Assembly (NCBI GenBank): GCA_009859145.1
Contig: VRVR01000039.1
Coordinates: 64,162-128,161 of the forward strand
DNA length: 64,000 nucleotides
DNA from: Andalucia godoyi And28
Lineage: Eukaryota; Protista; Jakobida
Reading direction: 5' to 3'
Part shown: positions 57,857 through 64,000 of the stretch, piece by piece
Position numbering within the stretch: the stretch's first letter is position 1
How the letters are laid out: each line of letters opens with the position of its first letter
Translations under genes and position numbers: made by a program
The notes under the pieces: generated by a model
Databases searched by the model: none
What the model was told of the DNA's origin: nothing
The model's input: only the letters and a program-made list of their open reading frames with translations

Positions 57857-60115
57857 TCAAGCGGCGACGCATCCGAGAGTTGAGCAGTATTCGAAAGAGT
57901 AAATGTCGACGGTTTGTGCAGCGTCCCCCGTGGAAGCAGTGACGCCGACAAAGGCTCGACCAGACGGATCTCGAATGGTTTCAAAGGCATAGGATACGGA
58001 GAGAACTGGCATTTCGAAATCGTCGATAAAGACAAGAAGAAGGGAATTGAAATACTCCAGTTTGGCTGTGTGGATCCGGCCATCGGCAAAGTTCGGCACG
58101 GCAACGGACGAACCTTTGTGAAGGGTGGACGAGACGAAATGCGCATTGTTCACAATTCCTTCGCCAGCAAACAAGGCGACGTGCAGTGCCTCGTTGTTGG
58201 AATAGCGGGTTCCGTTGATCCACACATGCGGATCGCCGACTCGAGGATCGTCTTTGTCCTTGTTATAGAACGTGTCGAATTCAACCGCGAACGCCGGCGA
58301 CAGGCCTCCGACGCAGACCAGCGGGTCAAAACATGAAAAGCCAATGGTAGAGCCGGGATCCATGGACATGGAAGCCGGTGGAGACGAGGAGTCTTGAGCT
58401 TGCAGCACGATGGCGAACCCATCCCCTCCCGCGCAGAATCCGTCCAGTGCATAACACGCTGTCTTGTTGTGAATGCGGAACCTCACCGTAACTTCAAATC
58501 CAAGGTAATTGATCACTTTCTGATAATAATAAAGAGCCCCAATTTCATTCCGTCTTGAGTGCACCAACCGTGCAACCGGCGTGGAGTCATTCGAGAGCAT
58601 GAACTGAGCAGATCCGAGAGGAGTCCATTCGCAGTTTTGAAAGAACGTGTAACCGCCGTGTTCTGTGCAGTTCATGTCGCTGAATGTCGGTTCTCGAAAC
58701 ACTTGCAGCGAGTATTCCGAAGCTCCCCAGTTGCTGGGAGGTCTGTTGTCGCCGACCACAGCAATATAAAGAAGATTACATACTCCGCTTGCGAGGAGAG
58801 TTTCATTGCAGCGAATGTCCTCCTGCTCGAGAGTGAGAAAGACCGGGGGTGAAGGAGCTTCGTGCACAGTTGCATCGGCGGAAAAGCGGTACACGTCATT
58901 TTCGAACATTTCGATCTCCGGGCGCTGGCCCCATCGTGTAACAATTCGAAACTTGTTGTTTCGCTCAGCAATGAGCGTAATCTGCACGCGGAGGTGATTA
59001 TGAGGGAGCGTGAGATAAAACTGCCCGAGACGGTTGGGCCACAGAGAGAGGTCGGCGTCGACGGAGAAACCCGAAACCTCCACGCTGTAGTGGAACCGCG
59101 AACCGTCACACTGCAATTCGGATTCAAGATCACCGTAATGCACACATTTTCCTCCGGTAAATGAGCCTTCGGAGGAGCACCAATAGCACCGAGCATCTGC
59201 AATGCAGCCCGGCGCATCGGAGAACTTCATCCCGCCCTGCTCATTGGGAAAATCAAAACACGGACTTTTTGTGTACACAATCCAGGGTGAACCTGTGATG
59301 TTCTTCCCGTCCAGCCCAACGACGGGAGTGTAGTAAAGACTGGTATGCCCAACGCGGAGAAACACTTTTCGGACGGACGGCGATGCAAGAAATGTAAACG
59401 TCAGCTGCGAGCCGTCGTGCGAGATTTCAAAGTTGGAAAGCTGCGAGGTAAAATTGGAAAGCGAAGGCCTGTACACCCAGGACGTTCCAACTTGTAAGCC
59501 TCCCGGATACTCTTCATATATCTCGTACACGAAGTCAGCGACCGAAGCAACGACCAGGGATCCGAAAGCATTTTTCGGATGCACGGTGCACTGCATGGTT
59601 CCATTCTCTTTGAGCTGTGTCTCTTCGCAGCTAAGCACGGATTCCACCGAAGGACTTCGGTTGGCTGTAAATGAAACCGACGAATGGAAGTCCGTGGTCG
59701 GCACAGAGACGTCGTTTCTGTCAGAAGCCGACACGTTGAACGAGAGCAGCAGCGGTCCCGCGTCTCCCTTTCCAACAGTGTACGTGAAGTTGGCGACCTT
59801 CAACACATCGTTCAGCCCAGTGAGCTCCATCCTTCCGATACCGAACTTGCTTTTTTGCTGCGAAGAAGGAGCGGAAAACGAGTATGAGACAGAGTGTGCA
59901 GCCTCGATTACTGGAAAGGAAATCGGGACGTTTCCAGGGCCATGAAATACCAGCGTGCACGTGATTTTCTGATTTGCAAAGACCATAGTGGTTGCAGCGG
60001 GATCGCAGCTCACGGTCGTGAGCGATGGGTCCAGATCGTACGCATGGGCGAAGGATAGCAGTTGCAGCAGTAGTAGCGGTAGGGAAAAGTATGACAGACG
60101 CTGCGTGCGCCTCAT
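57857..60115 (-). CDS. Secreted multidomain protein with C-terminal legume-type (L-type) lectin domain
   Basis: Signal peptide from ATG 60115, Ig/filamin-like region ending NITGSPW, Cys-rich PSI-like segment, lectin motifs GGDGFAIVLQ, AFAVEFDTFYN, FVGVTASTG. Confidence 0.8.
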   Translation of the reverse strand: MRRTQRLSYFSLPLLLLQLLSFAHAYDLDPSLTTVSCDPAATTMVFANQKITCTLVFHGPGNVPISFPVIEAAHSVSYSFSAPSSQQKSKFGIGRMELTGLNDVLKVANFTYTVGKGDAGPLLLSFNVSASDRNDVSVPTTDFHSSVSFTANRSPSVESVLSCEETQLKENGTMQCTVHPKNAFGSLVVASVADFVYEIYEEYPGGLQVGTSWVYRPSLSNFTSQLSNFEISHDGSQLTFTFLASPSVRKVFLRVGHTSLYYTPVVGLDGKNITGSPWIVYTKSPCFDFPNEQGGMKFSDAPGCIADARCYWCSSEGSFTGGKCVHYGDLESELQCDGSRFHYSVEVSGFSVDADLSLWPNRLGQFYLTLPHNHLRVQITLIAERNNKFRIVTRWGQRPEIEMFENDVYRFSADATVHEAPSPPVFLTLEQEDIRCNETLLASGVCNLLYIAVVGDNRPPSNWGASEYSLQVFREPTFSDMNCTEHGGYTFFQNCEWTPLGSAQFMLSNDSTPVARLVHSRRNEIGALYYYQKVINYLGFEVTVRFRIHNKTACYALDGFCAGGDGFAIVLQAQDSSSPPASMSMDPGSTIGFSCFDPLVCVGGLSPAFAVEFDTFYNKDKDDPRVGDPHVWINGTRYSNNEALHVALFAGEGIVNNAHFVSSTLHKGSSVAVPNFADGRIHTAKLEYFNSLLLVFIDDFEMPVLSVSYAFETIRDPSGRAFVGVTASTGDAAQTVDIYSFEYCSTLGCVAA

Positions 60116-60773
60116 TCTAACAAGGAAACTGCAGAACATATATGGAACGTGAATTTCACGTTCTCCGCATGGACCACAGAAAACACACGGCATGTAACAC
60201 CAGGCTGGCAGTGATGGAAGCTTGGCGTGCACGTTATTACGCAAATGATTTGGATCATGCCCGTAGCAGTGGCGATTGAGTCAAAAAAACTCAAGACGCA
60301 TCATACGCCCGAATTGGGCCTCCCCCGCCGGATTTCGACGGCACCCTGCTGTAGCCGTTCTGTCTACAGCCGCTGGACCGACAATGGTGGGCTCCCGCTG
60401 TGATGGTTCCACAATCACACTGCAAAGTGGAACGCGGTGTTTTCCCCGTGCATGATCTGCCTGCTGCCTCCATGTGACGTGTGGCGCCGTTTGTATACGC
60501 CGCCTTCTGCCGATGAACTAACTCGAATGCGCAAGGTGGAGTGACATCAATGTGTTAACTTGAATTTTCGAGTTCAGTGTGCGCCTTCCATTATCAACAC
60601 GTCCAGAAACAAGAAGGAGGAAAGGGGGGATTGTTGACAAATGCAATTAAATTAATTAAGAAGGCAAAACAGAGATCGCAAAACACTAACAAGACAATAA
60701 CAAAGCAGTAACAAAACCGGTGAAACATATTCGAAGTGGGGAAACAAAACAGTGTTAATCGTGCGACAAGAGG

Positions 60774-61895
60774 ATGCCGAAGCGAATCACGCGTTCCAGT
60801 TCCGCAGCAGCTTCGTCGGAGCTTAGTATCGATGAACAGCGTTTGACGGGTGGACTTGATCTCCCAGCTGAGAAGGCGAAGAAGCTGCATGATACCGCAG
60901 TGAAGATGAGCGAGGACCCGCATTTTGACCCGTTCGAAGACCCAGAGGTCGATGCCACGGGGCGAGAGGTCCAGGAAAAGTCTCTGAAAAACAAGGAGCT
61001 CATTGGGAAAGAACAGGTCAAACTGGCGGAACAGAAACACACGGTAGAGCCGGCTGCGAAAGTCGCCAAAACTGCCAAGGACTCCAGTCAGAACAGTATC
61101 GAGAGAGGTGGAAAAGGGAAGGACGCCGCGCAAGAAAAGGAGGAGACAGTTCCGGAATCTCCAACAGTTGATTCTGTCGATGAGCAGGCCAAGGAGTCGT
61201 TCGGGATGTCTTGTATCAATCTGGCACCTGGAATGATCCCCAAGACTCTCTTGACGATGATTGCTACCAAGCATCCGATGACGCATGCCGACTTGGAGAA
61301 GCTGATCCCGTACGCTCGTCCGCTTTCAGAATTCAAAAAGGGTGCAGTGATTGGCGTGTGGTCCTACATGCAGCGGGGATACATGTACCAGTTAGACGAG
61401 AACCCGAATGAGAACTTCGCTGCGGATTTTGCGCCTGCATACGATCCAGCGCAGCTGCTGTTACTAGGGATATTTGAGGGACACTTTTTTAATGATTGCA
61501 TTCTCGAGTATCCGCGAGAGTGGTTTGAACAAGCACTTCAACAAAACAAGCTGTCTCCTGAAAAACCAGATCCAACCCTGAACTGCTTTGGCGTCAAGAG
61601 CAGACTCTCGCTCAAGGAATGGAAGGAGCGCGGATGGGTTGCAGGAGAAGATCGACGAGGATGGATGGAGTGGTATTTTCGATATTGGCTGGGTCGTCGT
61701 GATCCGGAAGTCGACAAGTTTCAGATTGAACAGTGGAACAAGTTCACGGAGCAGCAGCTCAAGGTAAAAGAGGTTTGCGAGGCGAACCCCGGAGATCGCA
61801 CGACGCTGGCTCTTGAACGGCAGCATCTCCTGCAATGGAGTCATGAAGTGTTCGCAATTCCTTCTCGTTCTCCAAAGCAGAAAACACCCTCGTAG
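60774..61895 (+). CDS. Protein of unknown function; disordered N-terminus plus conserved Trp-rich C-terminal domain
   Basis: MQRGYMY...FAPAYDPAQLLLLGIFEG...NDCILEYPREWF...LNCFGVKSR...GWMEWYFRYWLGRR...LLQWS. Confidence 0.85.
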   Translation: MPKRITRSSSAAASSELSIDEQRLTGGLDLPAEKAKKLHDTAVKMSEDPHFDPFEDPEVDATGREVQEKSLKNKELIGKEQVKLAEQKHTVEPAAKVAKTAKDSSQNSIERGGKGKDAAQEKEETVPESPTVDSVDEQAKESFGMSCINLAPGMIPKTLLTMIATKHPMTHADLEKLIPYARPLSEFKKGAVIGVWSYMQRGYMYQLDENPNENFAADFAPAYDPAQLLLLGIFEGHFFNDCILEYPREWFEQALQQNKLSPEKPDPTLNCFGVKSRLSLKEWKERGWVAGEDRRGWMEWYFRYWLGRRDPEVDKFQIEQWNKFTEQQLKVKEVCEANPGDRTTLALERQHLLQWSHEVFAIPSRSPKQKTPS

Positions 61896-62978
61896 GCGGC
61901 CCCAGTTCTCGAAAGCATTTGTACGTCCCCCGCTTCGACCAAGTTTCTCCATAAATTCAAGCGAAATGAGTCCTCCCCTTCATCGCCAAAAGCGATTCAC
62001 GTACCAGGACAGCCACCAGACTGCTTGCCAGTACATATGTCCCACACTATTTAGATATTACTACACAGCCAGCTCACAGCTGCACGTTAATGCACATTGG
62101 CCGTTGAACAATAACACGTCATTGTCATACATGCGGAGGTATACATAAACAGACACGGTCAATACTGGCCGACACTAGCACCTTTTGTTTCACAGGAATT
62201 CGTGCTTACGCGTATCCGTCTATCATTCGTTGGTTTCACTTTTTTGGTTTCATTTTTTAATTCAAATATGGATATGAGTGCGCTGGGACGACGCATTCTC
62301 CTACGCCTACGCCGCCCGATGCAGGGCCTCCTAGGTCCCGCAGACCTCCTAAGAGACCACGTGTCACTACGCCTACCGCCTCTTCCTCTCGTATCTCCAG
62401 TTGCATCAATCGCTGCAACTGAGGACACGAAAGCGCCTGCTGCTAGGGCCGTCAGAATCAAAATGCACCCTTCTCAGGAACCACGTGTCACGCTGAGAAA
62501 GTGGCTCGCAGATTGATCGAGATTGGGAACGGAGCGCGGAACATCTATCTGAAGAACGCCGTGAGGCGTGTTGGGGGCCTATCTCCTTCCCAGCAACAGG
62601 ATGCACGATTGAATATGCATGTCCGTTCGTAGATATGCATGGTCAGTGTGTAATGTAGGCGATGCGGCATTCGGGTCTTTTTTTCCCCTCTAGATTCCGC
62701 AGTCCGCAAAAGCAAAAATTTGAAAAATTACAACATCATCGGCCGCATGCTCCTGTGCGTCTTGTTCTTTTCTTTCGTGTTCATTCTCGAATCTCGATAT
62801 GCGGCTTCTTGGTATTAAAATCCACCCGTCTCTCAAGTGGATAAAGTATTATTAAATTGTTCAGTGTTTTTTTTCCGGCGCGCACGGGAACGGATAAATG
62901 CCCCAAGAGCAAAGAAGGCCATTGAAAGTCCAAATCAAAAGGCATCTCTAGCACCGCCCTTCCGCCCTTTGTTGCGAC

Positions 62979-63968
62979 ATGAGCTCGTCGGCGTCGTCCG
63001 TGACGTGGGACACCTCATCAGGGCTGCAATGGGCGTTTCTGGGCATTGGGATTGGCTATTTTTGCACCTTTTTGTATTCCTCCTATGCACTGTATATTCT
63101 CCACCACATCTACATCAAGGCGACAAGAAAGACAATGTCGCGCTCTTCTCACGTGTTTTATCCCGCTGTGATCGACGCAGTCTCGGCATTCAAGAGAAGA
63201 CTGTTTCTCACTGCGGGACCCGTCAGTTTGAGCCGAGCGATTCAGATGCCGTTTGCATTCTGGGCTCCATTTCAGAACCATACATATATGCTCATGTATC
63301 TCTACGCAAATTCTTTTGTCACCCTCGGATTTTTTGCCTTGTTCTTCATCATAGTTCTGTACTTTGTGGAACTGGCCTTTGTTGAATCGTCGGAACACTG
63401 GTTGATCAAAATTGCCACTCCAAAGTCTCTGTTTTGGTTCTGCCTTGGGGCTTTCACGGTGTGCACTGCCGTGTTCCTCGTCTCTCTTGGCGCCACTCTG
63501 TCGTTTTACTGGATTTTCCTCGTTGAAGTAACTTTCTTCGCCGTCTCCGGCCTCGCAATGGCCGTTTTCATTTGCTTGTCTGGTCGAAAACTGATCCTCC
63601 AAGTGAATTCGTTTGCGCGACAGGCACACGTGCGCAAACTGATATTCATGTCCTCTTTTTCAACGTCTGCGTTTGCAATGAGGTCGATTGCAGAATGTTG
63701 CTACTTTTTTATGTTCTCCTCGGAGCTGTCTGAGCGATCAGAATCGTCGAAAATCGCGCTGTTGCTGTTTTACGCACTCTTTGAGTTCTTTCCCACAATA
63801 ATAATACTGCGGTTTCTGAGACCCCGCAGACTGTCCTCCATTCCTATGAGCCGGCATCAAAGCGCTGCCAATCTCGATCATCAGCATCATGAACACGAAC
63901 GCATCACTTCCAAAACCTCTCTCGTTCAAAACTCGTCCCCTCAAGTCGCATACACATCGACGGTGTAA
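62979..63968 (+). CDS. Multi-pass (about 7 TM) membrane protein, THH1/TOM1/GPR137-like
   Basis: About seven hydrophobic segments; last helix FYALFEFFPTIIILRFLR followed by a Ser-rich tail. Confidence 0.65.
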   Translation: MSSSASSVTWDTSSGLQWAFLGIGIGYFCTFLYSSYALYILHHIYIKATRKTMSRSSHVFYPAVIDAVSAFKRRLFLTAGPVSLSRAIQMPFAFWAPFQNHTYMLMYLYANSFVTLGFFALFFIIVLYFVELAFVESSEHWLIKIATPKSLFWFCLGAFTVCTAVFLVSLGATLSFYWIFLVEVTFFAVSGLAMAVFICLSGRKLILQVNSFARQAHVRKLIFMSSFSTSAFAMRSIAECCYFFMFSSELSERSESSKIALLLFYALFEFFPTIIILRFLRPRRLSSIPMSRHQSAANLDHQHHEHERITSKTSLVQNSSPQVAYTSTV

Positions 63969-64000
63969 ATAAAATTACTTGTGATTCTCTCTCTCTCTCT

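Noticed and set aside
62325-62355. Minus-strand GGAGGTCTGCGG resembling RNase P CR-I
   Set aside because: No CR-V-like sequence downstream and no P4 partner
1-64000. CRISPR arrays, transposons, prophage or endogenous virus blocks, rRNA, tRNA
   Set aside because: Repeats are simple microsatellites without spacers; no transposase, RT, integrase or capsid motifs, terminal repeats or RNA-gene signatures were seen
1-64000. GTG/TTG-initiated starts in the supplied ORF track
   Set aside because: The DNA is eukaryotic, so starts were reassigned to the first plausible ATG consistent with family N-termini

Overview
Gene-dense, almost intron-free eukaryotic nuclear DNA in the standard genetic code, with about 31 protein-coding genes in 64 kb separated by short spacers full of AT-rich and microsatellite tracts. 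Axonemal dynein (DNAH1-like), LRRC6/DNAAF11 and BBIP1 indicate a flagellated cell. WASHC2/FAM21, INTS9, mevalonate kinase and TspO indicate a gene-rich free-living protist. A jakobid-like flagellate is plausible but is only an inference. One clear 93-nt GT-AG intron splits a Nudix gene. I found no supportable tRNA, rRNA, CRISPR array or mobile element. Gene names come from motif recognition by eye, not database searches. The most interesting observations are: (1) a probable circularly permuted 2H-phosphoesterase with one catalytic His replaced, head-to-head with a Nudix hydrolase and near an aprataxin; (2) a gene carrying a bacterial/giant-virus-type domain of unknown function; (3) canonical E2F sites upstream of both CDT2/DTL and CDC45; (4) a ubiquitin-like domain fused to a class II aldolase; (5) an S41-like surface protein lacking the nucleophile; (6) a recurring 14-nt branchpoint-to-AG spacing that points to additional small or UTR introns.
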